This document shows, in pieces, positions 8,801-17,667 of a stretch of 25,992 bases of DNA (positions within the stretch are counted from its first letter, which is position 1; every line of letters begins with the position of its first letter). A program made the position numbers and the translations under genes. A model generated the notes under the pieces. The model was not told where the DNA came from. It searched no databases and saw nothing but the letters and a program-made list of their open reading frames with translations. Source of the DNA: a virus (lineage: Duplodnaviria > Caudoviricetes); the IMG/VR virus record IMGVR_UViG_3300014613_000094, positions 1 through 25,992 of that record; one strand, 5' to 3'.

Positions 8801-11312
8801 ATGTAGTAGATTTAGTCTGGGAATCAGTGAACTGCATACCAATCCCCTCTTGAACACCATCATATATGATACCCAATTCTTCAGAGATTTGCTCACCCAC
8901 TACTTCAGGATTAGTGGGAAGAGGAGTAGTAAGCTCTGTAACAGGTATAATAGGTTCTAATGTTACAGGTGCTGCTGGCTGTCTTAGTTTATCTATGGCT
9001 TTGGTAGCCCTCTTCTTCTTAGCAACAAGCTCATCAAGCTGCTCTTGAAGACCATTGATAGTCTCCTGTGTTTCTGCTCTTTCAAAAGGTAGGGTCTGTT
9101 TGGATAGCCTGTCTTGCTGCTGCTTAAGAGAGTTAGACCATGTATCTATATCCTGATTGATAAGTTCCAGTTTGGACTCTTGGGCTGATAGCTTCTTAGC
9201 TCTGGCTTCATCCAGGGGAGTCTCTGGAGTTGCTACAGGTTCTTGCTCTTCAACCTTCTCTATAGCCTTTTCTACTTGGGCTTGGACTTTCTCATCTTCA
9301 AGAGCTTGGGTAAAGGCAACAGCCTCAGCGTGTTCATCGGATAATCCCGCTTCCTTCAGCTTAGTAGCTGTCTTATCTATCTCAGCTTGTGTCTCTGGAG
9401 GTAAGTTAGCCTTCATATTGAGATAAGCACCCCCTCCACCTATAACTGCCATAGGAAAGACCGATATTATTGTCTGTATAGCTGTCTGGTCAAGACCTTC
9501 AACGAGACTCCTATTCTCATTGACAGTTTTAACTGCAGCATTTTGCATAGCCTGTTGGATAATCTCCTCAAGTGTCTCTGCAACCTCAATCTTAGCTGCT
9601 GTAGTAAATATACCCCTAGCAGAAAGATTCTTAACTAATTCTGTGCTAAGATTTTTACGGAACATCCTCATAAATGTTGGAGCTACAGCTTTAAGGAATA
9701 TCATTTCGGGGATAATTTCTATCGCACCTATGGCTGTACCAATAGAAGTTGCTAAGTTAGCAGCTGTATCTTTGTCAGCCCCATTAGCAATAAGGTCATC
9801 ATAAACAGCATTTATCTGGACTGGAGTCATCACAGTAGCTCCTGCTACAGCCCCCGCTGCTGGATTCTTTGTAAGGACTCCAGTAATTATCCCAACAAGC
9901 AGAGCAGACCCCCATATAGGAGCTTGATTAAGAATAATATTAGCATACCATCCAGGGTCTCTAGCTAAAGAAGGATTATCAAAGACACTTTGGGAGTATT
10001 CAGGCTTAGGTTGCAGTTCAGGATGGGCTTTGAGCCACTCTTGGTATTCAAGTTCCCGCTGTTCTTGACTAACTCTAAGCCTGTCTTGTATTTCCTCGGC
10101 TGCTTTTGTATTATACTCAGCGTGTTCTTGGGTAATTGTCCCCTGCTCAAGACCAAAAGCTTCCCACTTTTTGAACACATTGAGTAGAGCATCTGGGATA
10201 ACAGATAACACAGCTTGTTTAGAACCATACCATGCTTGACTAAGACCAAGATAGAAGCTATCCCACAAATCCTTAACTACCGATTCCTGCTCTACATCAA
10301 TCCCTATTGGTTGACCAGAGAACTGATTTATGAGAACTACCTGCTTAGATTTCTCATCCCAAGACCCCACAAGATTACCCCCAACCCACACAGTATTATC
10401 TTGTTTTCTCTGACCTATAACAGTCTCCCCAGTATCCTGATTTATAAGAGCTATATTCTCCCCTTCCTTATTGCCTAACTCCTTCTGTGCTCTTGCTACG
10501 AAATCTGTGGTGGATTCGCCTTCCTCTGGTCTGATACCTTGGTCTATTGCCCACTGCTTATAGAAGTCTGTTCTCTCCTGTATCAGTCTTTCTATATCCT
10601 CTGACTTAACCTCTTCTACCTGCGGGGGATAGGCAAGCCTAAGAGCTTCTGATATTTCACCCACATCTTTGCTAAAAGCTACTGTAGACAGGATAAATCT
10701 TGGGTCTATTGGTGGAGCTTGCTTGAAGTAGTCCTCCCATCCTTGGTCAGTCAATGGAGGAGGAAAACCCTCAAAGAACTGAGCAAGGACTTTACCAGAA
10801 AGGATGTCTTCTTTTGAGGCTCTGAGAAGCTCATAGCCATATCTGGATATAAACTGTTTCTCCTCGTCATTAAAGTCTACGGATATTTCGGGTGGGAAAG
10901 CTCTTCTGACAAACTCCTCAAAACTTTCCACTGGTGCTCCTGATAAGGCTGCTATCTCAAGACTGCTAAGAATTTGGGGTAAGAGTCTGGTTACTTTCTC
11001 TTCTCTGGCTAGACCTTTAATTTCCTCAGCTACTTTGTACCTTTCTTCCATAGCTTGCTCAGGAGTAAAACCATAATCCCATGCTCCCTTTTCCCAAGGA
11101 GTCAGAGTCCTGACTATAGGGGAGAGCCAACTTGGAAGGAACTCCCTGACCTTCCTCTCAACAGCAGGAGTTTTAGCCCATGCTTCTCCAGTGAACTTAG
11201 TACCATATATCTGCCCCATCAGAGCTTTCTGTTCTTCAAGCTCCTTTAGTCTCTTTGCCTCCTTCTCTGTAAATTGGGTGGGAAACTTTGGGAATGTTGT
11301 TCCAGTTGTCAT
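5817..11312 (-). CDS. Large internal virion/DNA ejection protein (putative)
   Basis: 1831 aa, helical, with Ala/Gly hydrophobic segments (IWGSALLVGIITGVLTKNPAAGAVAGA), an E..EE..QQ motif, a coiled coil and a Pro/Glu linker. This architecture is typical of podovirus ejection proteins. Confidence 0.65.
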   Translation of the reverse strand: MTTGTTFPKFPTQFTEKEAKRLKELEEQKALMGQIYGTKFTGEAWAKTPAVERKVREFLPSWLSPIVRTLTPWEKGAWDYGFTPEQAMEERYKVAEEIKGLAREEKVTRLLPQILSSLEIAALSGAPVESFEEFVRRAFPPEISVDFNDEEKQFISRYGYELLRASKEDILSGKVLAQFFEGFPPPLTDQGWEDYFKQAPPIDPRFILSTVAFSKDVGEISEALRLAYPPQVEEVKSEDIERLIQERTDFYKQWAIDQGIRPEEGESTTDFVARAQKELGNKEGENIALINQDTGETVIGQRKQDNTVWVGGNLVGSWDEKSKQVVLINQFSGQPIGIDVEQESVVKDLWDSFYLGLSQAWYGSKQAVLSVIPDALLNVFKKWEAFGLEQGTITQEHAEYNTKAAEEIQDRLRVSQEQRELEYQEWLKAHPELQPKPEYSQSVFDNPSLARDPGWYANIILNQAPIWGSALLVGIITGVLTKNPAAGAVAGATVMTPVQINAVYDDLIANGADKDTAANLATSIGTAIGAIEIIPEMIFLKAVAPTFMRMFRKNLSTELVKNLSARGIFTTAAKIEVAETLEEIIQQAMQNAAVKTVNENRSLVEGLDQTAIQTIISVFPMAVIGGGGAYLNMKANLPPETQAEIDKTATKLKEAGLSDEHAEAVAFTQALEDEKVQAQVEKAIEKVEEQEPVATPETPLDEARAKKLSAQESKLELINQDIDTWSNSLKQQQDRLSKQTLPFERAETQETINGLQEQLDELVAKKKRATKAIDKLRQPAAPVTLEPIIPVTELTTPLPTNPEVVGEQISEELGIIYDGVQEGIGMQFTDSQTKSTTYGNTLEEVRTNIENIRERFTAVTPEATQEPTVEGVAPPVELPTRPTAPAGELPDRRPKLVDFDIEVESTNATVRNSPVIARRMERFMSKKVKANRARAEQTLEELHTRYDQATKEDRSAIAKEFTALARSVGLRQKDLLANHWNDLDFMQQAKLALAMIPDRSIQLQKKYEAADVKHFVRWLEEETGLPFYQLYPRVRMDFGTSQRQAEKELEVLKKIEIGDVRTNKESLAKVTQAINSLNPRLNIDRPELTDNEGILATIVANVFQSYEPYIRHLRVTNTDSNIESMKAEFPDAVEAGKENELQAAILLKEGGDLDGLWSFLKNVSWGTIQGYTPWMKAKASVFPRAIRLGTTRGESRLMRRESIDFDESLGENILLDLVRYVKQVEAQWRLRPDLEMYEELWKLASRKFVNNRRIENKLQLWAKELQGMPPEGADTIFQDIVNRTWRTAMSAVFLKPRMSYRNIFQALAFHPDRTELFRLLAQRPDPAFMQQLKIYYDNNVHQLGGIRQDFLLTGGNAIPGLNWLVRIADSLSLYAQSDNIPRMASFFASANKAWRATQDYMSSEKTAKDVDRWITKSGAIHLTHTEQNYALSLLAQAEGSSNLGTPGLEDASGIFRVSSYMGNEIADRVHFLYQRAFRAPAEMGTAGRVLYNLIVFPRGYAQRVLLDWTKVKGAFHGEATWTEAADGFKDFLLMVAMGALISQFISLTAGWKRRAYSPMSILQYQLGGLAVGIAQDLGELVAAIFTYLDTSADDDDKARALGTIPILLDRAADTLVPFYSNIIAAIAVMMGKEDMGIDTAFRELRAILDDKYEAPEIEEIERTLWEKIRKAVLLGEVEDPTNYEEMFKAVQEQRDELGNFDAQGRRYTTQDFGNFIQSQMKIAPDDIWTDRYGWNPLVVFYAECCDAWQPLLEMPSQPASLKQDWRKSHVEEEAMLIFWGKYSTSVFTKQSKEGRDILKLLDTWSSYYGIEDRMMPKAGWREEGGWAEEGV

Positions 11313-11313
11313 T

Positions 11314-13050
11314 TTAACCCCTCCTTATCTTGCCAGAGCCAATCATTTGACGAAGTTGCTCAGGACTGAAGCCACGAGCTTCTGGTGGTTGGACTGTTGA
11401 GGATACTCTTGTCTTCTCTGCTGGAGTTCCTGCTGCTCTCTCAGCCATAACTCTGGACATCTCTGGTGCTGCTGCCTGACCAGGGGCAGGAGCACCCATT
11501 TGGGCATCAAGGGATTGGGCAGCCTTACGAAATCTGGCTGCCTGTTTGACATCACCTCTGGCTTCAAGATAGCTGGCATGAGCCTCCCAAGCAGAAGCAA
11601 GTTCTAGTTGGATAGACATTGGATGGTCAAGAAGCTGGTCTAGCCTCTTTCTCCTCTTAATAGCTTGGGGGTCTCTTAGTTTATAAATCTCACTAATAAT
11701 AGTGCTGGTGTCAAGATGCTTGTCAAGACTATTACCTATTGTTGCTCTCTCCATCCAATCTTTAGGTGTAGCCACATCAGACTCTACGAAGATAGTCACA
11801 TCTTCTGGGATGTCTGTTGGCTTCAACTTCTCTATCAGTTTACCTTTGATGTCAAACACTCTCTTGGAAGTCTTTAGCTGTGACAGCCAGAATCTGTCGG
11901 CTTCACCAATAACAAAGTGTTTACCATCCATGAAAGGATAGAGTATCTGGTTAGCAGAGGATGTTGCCAATAGGCTTAAAGCATAACCAGCCTGTCCTTC
12001 AATCATACCATAGACAGCATCGTTGAAAGATACCTTCTGGATTTCTCTGCGTATCTCTACCAAGTGGGCTTGGAGTTCAATAGGTATAGCTGCAGGAGGA
12101 AGACGCTGTAGACCTGACTCACCTGGGGCATAGTGGAATAGACCGCTGCCCTGAGCTATCTCCTCTGGTGTAGCCTTTGGCTCTGCTGAGAACTCTTGGA
12201 CTATAGGTTTGGCTGTGTCTTTGAGGATTTGGGATATGGCTGATTTCCATTTGTTGAAGTGGTTTGTTACCTGTGATGTAGCCTCAAAGATACCACGACC
12301 AGCAAGCTGTCTCCAGTCTCTTGCCCCTGGAGTAAGGCTGCCTCTGTCAGGATAGCCACCTACTGGTGCTACAAGGAGCTTCATCTCTGGTCTGTCTACC
12401 CAACCAGTTACATCCTTACCATCAATAAGGATGATGTTATGAAGACCACCAGAATCCTGTATGAAGTAGTCATTAAGAACAACATCACCAGAAGTCTTGA
12501 AAGAATTATAATCCCAATCATTCTGTTCTGCTTTTATCTTAGCTTCCTCTTCAGATATTTTATAGGAATGGAGACACTGGTAGAGACTGTTATTAGCGTA
12601 GCCAGGGTAGGTGTCATAGGGATTCCATATCTGACTGTGAAGAAGACCAGTATCCTTGTCAAAGGATAAAGCTATGCTATACCAACCCAAGACAAGAAGA
12701 AAGAAACCAAGCTCATCAATATAAGGTTGACCACCACCAAGCTGTCTCTCCCTGTCTATGACTGACCACATATACTCACAAGCTCTGTTAATTCTAGCTC
12801 TCCTATCAAGCTCAACAGCAGATTCAGACTCTATAGGTGGGATATGGGATAACTCACCTCTGGTCAAAAGGAAATGAGCCATGTTATAGAAGCTGACTGG
12901 TTCACTGCTGACATAGGACTCTTTGTTCCTTCTAGCAAATGCATCAATCATGACAAGGAACTCATACCAGGACTTGAACCTGAGATTACGCTGATTCCAG
13001 TAGTTCTTTAAGTTAGTGATATTGGTAGATACCTGTGATAGTTCTAGCAT
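11314..13050 (-). CDS. Portal protein
   Basis: 578 aa directly after the large terminase; size, synteny and low-complexity A/P/Q C-terminal tail fit a podovirus portal. Confidence 0.8.
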   Translation of the reverse strand: MLELSQVSTNITNLKNYWNQRNLRFKSWYEFLVMIDAFARRNKESYVSSEPVSFYNMAHFLLTRGELSHIPPIESESAVELDRRARINRACEYMWSVIDRERQLGGGQPYIDELGFFLLVLGWYSIALSFDKDTGLLHSQIWNPYDTYPGYANNSLYQCLHSYKISEEEAKIKAEQNDWDYNSFKTSGDVVLNDYFIQDSGGLHNIILIDGKDVTGWVDRPEMKLLVAPVGGYPDRGSLTPGARDWRQLAGRGIFEATSQVTNHFNKWKSAISQILKDTAKPIVQEFSAEPKATPEEIAQGSGLFHYAPGESGLQRLPPAAIPIELQAHLVEIRREIQKVSFNDAVYGMIEGQAGYALSLLATSSANQILYPFMDGKHFVIGEADRFWLSQLKTSKRVFDIKGKLIEKLKPTDIPEDVTIFVESDVATPKDWMERATIGNSLDKHLDTSTIISEIYKLRDPQAIKRRKRLDQLLDHPMSIQLELASAWEAHASYLEARGDVKQAARFRKAAQSLDAQMGAPAPGQAAAPEMSRVMAERAAGTPAEKTRVSSTVQPPEARGFSPEQLRQMIGSGKIRRG

Positions 13051-13060
13051 TATTTACCTC

Positions 13061-14554
13061 CTAATACGGAATCTGACCCCGATAGCCTAAACCTACTCCT
13101 GCTGTTTTCCGAACAACCATAGCCATCATTAGTGCCATAGCAAGGTCATCGTAGGTCTGGGCTGTCTCTCTGTATTTATTCCTCATCTTAATATATCTGT
13201 AACTCCTAAGCTGCCTTACCAAGTTTATATCCCAAATATGGACTTGTGCTAGCTTCTCTTTTGCTACTGTCAGCATTAAGTCTCTTGTTTGGCTGTTTGT
13301 CCACCAACCCCTCTGTGTTGTTATCTTACCAGTAGTAAAGTCTCTCTGGTAGTAGATATTACCATAGTTTGTTAGTTGCTCCAAGACTGCATAACCAGTA
13401 AAGTTCCTCTCTACAACTAGCTCTGCATTATTATACCATTTTCCTAGCTCTTTGAGAAGACCTGCAAAGGTATGGGGTTCAAGCCTACCCTGGAAGGTAG
13501 CACACACATTCCACATAGCATCAAGGACTACAGCAGCACTATAGCTACCCTCTGGTGCTCCAGGACTGGTATCAGCCCCTATAACATAAGATGCCTTCTC
13601 TCTTGGTGGTACCCAGAAATACCAACCCTTCTCGTGTCTCTGACCATCATAGCAACTGTTAGTCATATCAGAGAGGAACTGCTGGTCAAATACAGGGTCT
13701 CCAGTGATAATGAAGCAATCAACCTCATTCTCAGGATACTCAATCCAGAATAGACCCTTCTTTTCATTTATCTTAAACCTTCTCCATCTTATCTGGTCTT
13801 CGGTAAGTTTAACCCTGCTAAGAATGTCTAGCTCCTCATCGGTGTAGGTAAGTTCCCCTATATCCCCTGGCATGAGAAGTTCCTCAATCTTGGGGTCTGT
13901 AGGATTTCTGGGAATTGCATAGCCATCATCCAGCCACCAAGGAAAGAAGAAAGGTTTATAAGGAGACCTTCTCTCTTTTGCCTGAACCCACTTCTCATGG
14001 AAAACATTATTCTCCCCATTAGCGGTTGATTCCAGTGTAAGCTCACCAGTAAGAGGAACAGCATCTTCCACACCAGAAAGAAGTTTCTCACCATCCTCAT
14101 AGAAGGCTATTTCTGAGAGCAGTGCTTTCCTTATAGTATCACCACGACCAAAAGCTCTAGCTCCTGCTGTCCCTATATAGATACTGCTGTGCAACCCTGG
14201 AAAGGTCTTTTCACTCCTGCTTTCCGCACCAAGAGCAGGCTTAGGTTCTTCCATAGTATCGTAGTAGAATTGAACCCTGTCCAGAAGTCTCTGGGTAGCT
14301 TTGGTCTCATGGGATACAACTGCAGTATATGTATGGGGAATAGTGATACAATCTGTAAACATATCAGCAAGGATACTGCTAGAACACCCAACCTGTCTGG
14401 CTTTCAAGACTATGTTACGATAGCCTTTATGGGTATGGAAATATCTCTGAACCTTATTGAACTTAAAAGGAACAACTACACCTTCTTTGTTATCAATATG
14501 GATATTACCTCCGATGAAACCAATCTTATCTATTTTAGGAATAGTTAATACCAT
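13061..14554 (-). CDS. terL: Terminase large subunit
   Basis: Walker A LKARQVGCSS, Walker B ALLSEIAFY, coupling motif ESTANG, RNase H nuclease motifs VIGADTS and DDLAMA. Confidence 0.95.
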   Translation of the reverse strand: MVLTIPKIDKIGFIGGNIHIDNKEGVVVPFKFNKVQRYFHTHKGYRNIVLKARQVGCSSSILADMFTDCITIPHTYTAVVSHETKATQRLLDRVQFYYDTMEEPKPALGAESRSEKTFPGLHSSIYIGTAGARAFGRGDTIRKALLSEIAFYEDGEKLLSGVEDAVPLTGELTLESTANGENNVFHEKWVQAKERRSPYKPFFFPWWLDDGYAIPRNPTDPKIEELLMPGDIGELTYTDEELDILSRVKLTEDQIRWRRFKINEKKGLFWIEYPENEVDCFIITGDPVFDQQFLSDMTNSCYDGQRHEKGWYFWVPPREKASYVIGADTSPGAPEGSYSAAVVLDAMWNVCATFQGRLEPHTFAGLLKELGKWYNNAELVVERNFTGYAVLEQLTNYGNIYYQRDFTTGKITTQRGWWTNSQTRDLMLTVAKEKLAQVHIWDINLVRQLRSYRYIKMRNKYRETAQTYDDLAMALMMAMVVRKTAGVGLGYRGQIPY

Positions 14555-14570
14555 TTAGCTTTACCAACCT

Positions 14571-15134
14571 TTAGGCTTGAACTTCTTCACTATCTGGTAG
14601 AGGCTCTTGTTCACTGACCGATTCAGGGAGGCTCTTCTGATGTTGGTTCTGCTGGCTATAAGCTGCCTCAAGGACTGTTGCATTTTCACCCTCCGTAATC
14701 TGTGGCTGATTATAGAACTGTTGTAACCTCTGCTCCCAAGATAAGGATAGGGACTCTGGTTGGTAGTCCAAGGAATTGATAATCTTGTCATAAACACTCC
14801 TGGCTAATAGGGTCTTAATAAGATTATATTCTCCTGATTCTATCTCCGCTTTCATCTTCTGGACTATCTGTTCCTCAAGTAGGGCTGCCTGTAGCTGAGT
14901 AGTCCTGCGTAGTAGTTGTATAGCCTCCTGCTTATATTCTACAGATAGGTCTGTCATCTTTTGATAGACCCTAACAAAGTCAGCGTTCTTAAACCAACTA
15001 TTATATGTACCTTTGGGGATGTTGGTTATGCCTCTTGCTGTCTCTGCATCAGTGTCGGCTATGCGTAGAAGGATGAACTTTCTCATCCTGCCACCTATAC
15101 CTTTAAGTTCCTCTTTAAGACTTACTTGGTTCAT
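14571..15134 (-). CDS. Terminase small subunit (putative)
   Basis: 187 aa immediately upstream of terL; N-terminal HTH-like segment (AETARGITNIPKGTYNSWFKNADF), then helices and an acidic tail. Confidence 0.65.
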   Translation of the reverse strand: MNQVSLKEELKGIGGRMRKFILLRIADTDAETARGITNIPKGTYNSWFKNADFVRVYQKMTDLSVEYKQEAIQLLRRTTQLQAALLEEQIVQKMKAEIESGEYNLIKTLLARSVYDKIINSLDYQPESLSLSWEQRLQQFYNQPQITEGENATVLEAAYSQQNQHQKSLPESVSEQEPLPDSEEVQA

Positions 15135-15270
15135 CTCTTACCTCAATAACAAACTCGCTGAAAGGAGCACTATGATTACATATAGGGCATGATTCAAACT
15201 CATACTCCTCACCAACATACTGGTAGGTATAGTTGCACTGTTTGCATCTCATTTCATAAAGATGTCTCAT
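15115..15270 (-). CDS. Small zinc-ribbon protein (FmdB-like, 51 aa)
   Basis: Start revised to ATG at 15270, downstream of the promoter: MRHLYEMRCKQC...CPICNHS with two CxxC pairs. Confidence 0.7.
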   Translation of the reverse strand: MRHLYEMRCKQCNYTYQYVGEEYEFESCPICNHSAPFSEFVIEVRDEPSKS

Positions 15271-15285
15271 ACCCCCTGAGAAACA

Positions 15286-15314
15286 AGTATAGCACATAAA
15301 TAAACCACTGTCAA
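15286..15314 (-). promoter_or_regulatory. Sigma70 promoter of the packaging/virion operon
   Basis: Minus strand TTGACA, 17 nt, TATACT with TGn extended -10. Confidence 0.85.
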
Positions 15315-15373
15315 GTGGCTGGTAACAGACTGATAGTAGGGACATAGTTGTCCCAAATAACCTGCTCTTGGTA

Positions 15374-15402
15374 TTGACAAATGCAAAGGGATATGATAAG
15401 GT
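15374..15402 (+). promoter_or_regulatory. Divergent sigma70 promoter of the replication genes
   Basis: TTGACA (15374-15379), 17 nt, TAAGGT with TGn extension. Confidence 0.65.
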
Positions 15403-15449
15403 TGTGTCATAGGTAGCAATACCTAAAGAAAGGAACAGAAAGAACAGAA

Positions 15450-15638
15450 ATGACAGACACACCCACATTCAACGACACTAACCTGATATGTGTAGACTGC
15501 GGTGATACATTCCTGTTTAGCTCTGGGGAACAGAGATTCTACTGGTCTAAAGGACTCCTGCCCCCAAGACGCTGTAAGAACTGCCGTATGTTACGCAGAA
15601 GAAGCATCATCTCCAGTATGGAGGTGAAGCATGACTAA
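15450..15638 (+). CDS. Zinc-ribbon protein (zf-trcl-like)
   Basis: D..L.CVDCG..F.FS.GEQ.FY..KG...P.RCKNCR matches the probable zinc-ribbon family common in Firmicutes and Chloroflexota. Confidence 0.85.
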   Translation: MTDTPTFNDTNLICVDCGDTFLFSSGEQRFYWSKGLLPPRRCKNCRMLRRRSIISSMEVKHD

Positions 15639-16590
15639 CGCCACACATAGAAGCTCCCTCTTTGATGACACTATCCCTACAATACTTAAAGGTATGAGAG
15701 GTTTCTTTGTCTCTAATCCAGGAACAGGTAAGACTATATTACTGAACTGGCTTGCTTATATTGCTGCTTTAGGTGGTAAGAATACGCTCATTCTTGATGG
15801 AGAATCACCTTATGTGCAGATTGAAAGGAATCTTAATAGGTACAGCTTACATTATGGGACTGACTGGACTACACTGCCACTTACTGTCAGGACAGTGGAA
15901 GACTTTAACTGGAGTAATCTGGATAGGGAAGATTTGACTACCCTTAACCCAGACTTCGTAATAGTTGAAAGTATCCAATCTATGTCAGGGAATACCAATG
16001 ACCCCAACATTGGTGGCTTGATAAGACGCTCTCTGAATAGAGTTCACGCTAATGTTCGCTGGTGCTTGGTATCTGCACACACAAACCAAGCCAGCTTCTA
16101 TCTTACAAGGAGTCAACTAGAAGAATTGCCTATACCAGAACTTGCTAGAATAGTAAAGGGAGATACTGGTATTGTTTCACAGGGCTGTGATGTTGCGTAT
16201 CTATTGAAACAACTATCCAATGAGCCGTTACGAATAGCCATAATAGTCAAAAGCAGGAGAGGTTATCTCCAGACAAGAACTTACTACTATGAACTGAAAG
16301 AGCCAGATGGGTATGGAAATCCTGATACGCCTATGTGGTGGGAAGGTATAGCACCAGTCAGACAGGAACTGGATAAGAATTGTCTGGATATTCTCAGGCT
16401 GGTAAGAACACATCTGAACAGTGATGGTGAACCCGCACCTATCAGTGCCAAAGAGATAATGAATATGGCTGTTACTATAGAGCAGGATGAGAGAAGAGGG
16501 ATAATAAACCTTCTGGTGGAGAGAAGGGACATTATTGATGTAGGGTCTTTCAGCTATATAGCAAGGACTAGGCAAAGAATAGCAGGATAA
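15631..16590 (+). CDS. RecA-fold P-loop ATPase (AAA_25/RepA-helicase-like) with possible C-terminal winged helix
   Basis: Walker A variant SNPGTGKT, LILDGE, Walker B-like VIVES, SAH, and KSRR arginine-finger-like motif; lies next to the origin-like element. Confidence 0.7.
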   Translation: MTNATHRSSLFDDTIPTILKGMRGFFVSNPGTGKTILLNWLAYIAALGGKNTLILDGESPYVQIERNLNRYSLHYGTDWTTLPLTVRTVEDFNWSNLDREDLTTLNPDFVIVESIQSMSGNTNDPNIGGLIRRSLNRVHANVRWCLVSAHTNQASFYLTRSQLEELPIPELARIVKGDTGIVSQGCDVAYLLKQLSNEPLRIAIIVKSRRGYLQTRTYYYELKEPDGYGNPDTPMWWEGIAPVRQELDKNCLDILRLVRTHLNSDGEPAPISAKEIMNMAVTIEQDERRGIINLLVERRDIIDVGSFSYIARTRQRIAG

Positions 16591-16625
16591 GGAGGTAAGT
16601 GAAAAATAATGATAGTCGTAGATAG

Positions 16626-16889
16626 GGCTTATTTTCCTTGCCCAAATGACACCATCGTAAAAACACTTCCTTATTTTTCTAACTTTTGGGGAGCTAGCTT
16701 CAAATCCCCCCGAAAACCGTATCTAACCAGAGATATATGAGTTATATACATTATACATTATATATATATATACACAGTGGTCGCTGGTCACGCCTAATTT
16801 CGGGGGGACTTACGTGTGGAATGGAAAAAATAAGAAAAATAAGGAATGGTGATTTAGCTACGATTGCCAACTGTCCAAAAAAATAAGCC
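16626..16889. other. Putative replication origin: concentric inverted repeats around an AT-rich core
   Basis: Exact inverted pairs 16705-16715/16798-16808 (11 bp), 16667-16680/16833-16846 (14 bp) and 16626-16635/16880-16889 (10 bp), all centred at about 16757 in a (TA)n tract. Confidence 0.7.
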
Positions 16890-17012
16890 TGTCCATTTCG
16901 TAGCTAAGCGGAAAAGTTAATTTTTGTTAAGGGGGTTAGCGGTTTATGACATAAATGTTGGTTCTGAGACAACTATCATGGCAGGAAACAGTATTATTAT
17001 AAAGGAGGAAAG

Positions 17013-17315
17013 ATGAAAGAGCGGAGTAAAACATCCTATAAGACCAGACACGGAGCAGTTATAAAGGTAAGTAAGAGCTTACTACTAAAATGGTTGGATT
17101 TTGAAGGTGGGACAATACACAGAACTTACGAGCCTGAACCATATCTTGAACCAGACCATTTCTGCATTGTTCTGGAACATCCAGACTTGCCTGAAGTAGG
17201 ACAAAATGAGCAATTACCAGAGATATGTCCCATATTCCAAATTTACGCTGATGAAAATGGCAGCATAATCAAGGTGGAAAGGGTTGACCCAAAGAAGACA
17301 AGACCAGTAGAATAA
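17013..17315 (+). CDS. Hypothetical protein
   Basis: 100 aa with SD AAAGGAGG; LEHPDLPEV motif. Confidence 0.75.
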   Translation: MKERSKTSYKTRHGAVIKVSKSLLLKWLDFEGGTIHRTYEPEPYLEPDHFCIVLEHPDLPEVGQNEQLPEICPIFQIYADENGSIIKVERVDPKKTRPVE

Positions 17316-17460
17316 ACATAAGTTCAGTGTTCTGAAGTATAATCTGGAAACCCCAGACTTTTCTGGATATTTTATGGGAGTGTAACTTCGGGTGGGTGGT
17401 GTGTGTGCCTTCTAGTGGGTGGGGGGATACCCCGCCCTAACTTTGGGAAGGAATAGGAAA

Positions 17461-17488
17461 GGGGAAAGGGGATTATAGGGGATAGGGG
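17461..17488 (+). other. Four-tier G-quadruplex motif
   Basis: GGGG-AAA-GGGG-ATTATA-GGGG-ATA-GGGG. Confidence 0.6.
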
Positions 17489-17554
17489 AAAGGTAAGTGG
17501 TATAATACTGATGTCCCCACTGTTTGACATAATGCTGTGAAGTCATAGGGCAAC

Positions 17555-17586
17555 AAAAAACCGCTATGCCTAGTCTCATAGCGGTT
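17555..17586 (-). terminator. Intrinsic terminator of the 18312-17668 gene
   Basis: 10-bp stem AACCGCTATG/CATAGCGGTT with 8-nt loop, followed by a U-tract on the minus strand. Confidence 0.85.
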
Positions 17587-17667
17587 CAATGTTTAGTGGT
17601 ATGTTGGTATGGTCTGGTTGCTTTAACAGCCTAGATTTGGATTGTAGGGCTTCTGGTGGTATGTTGG

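Noticed and set aside
2374-14548. Numerous + strand ORFs (e.g. 2951-3394, 5081-5767, 8536-8853, 14189-14548) and short nested - strand ORFs
   Set aside because: Antisense or off-frame shadows of long structural genes, with no SD and unnatural composition.
15271-15468. Hydrophobic N-terminal extension of the 117-aa ORF 15115-15468
   Set aside because: It spans both divergent promoters; the real start is most likely the ATG at 15270.
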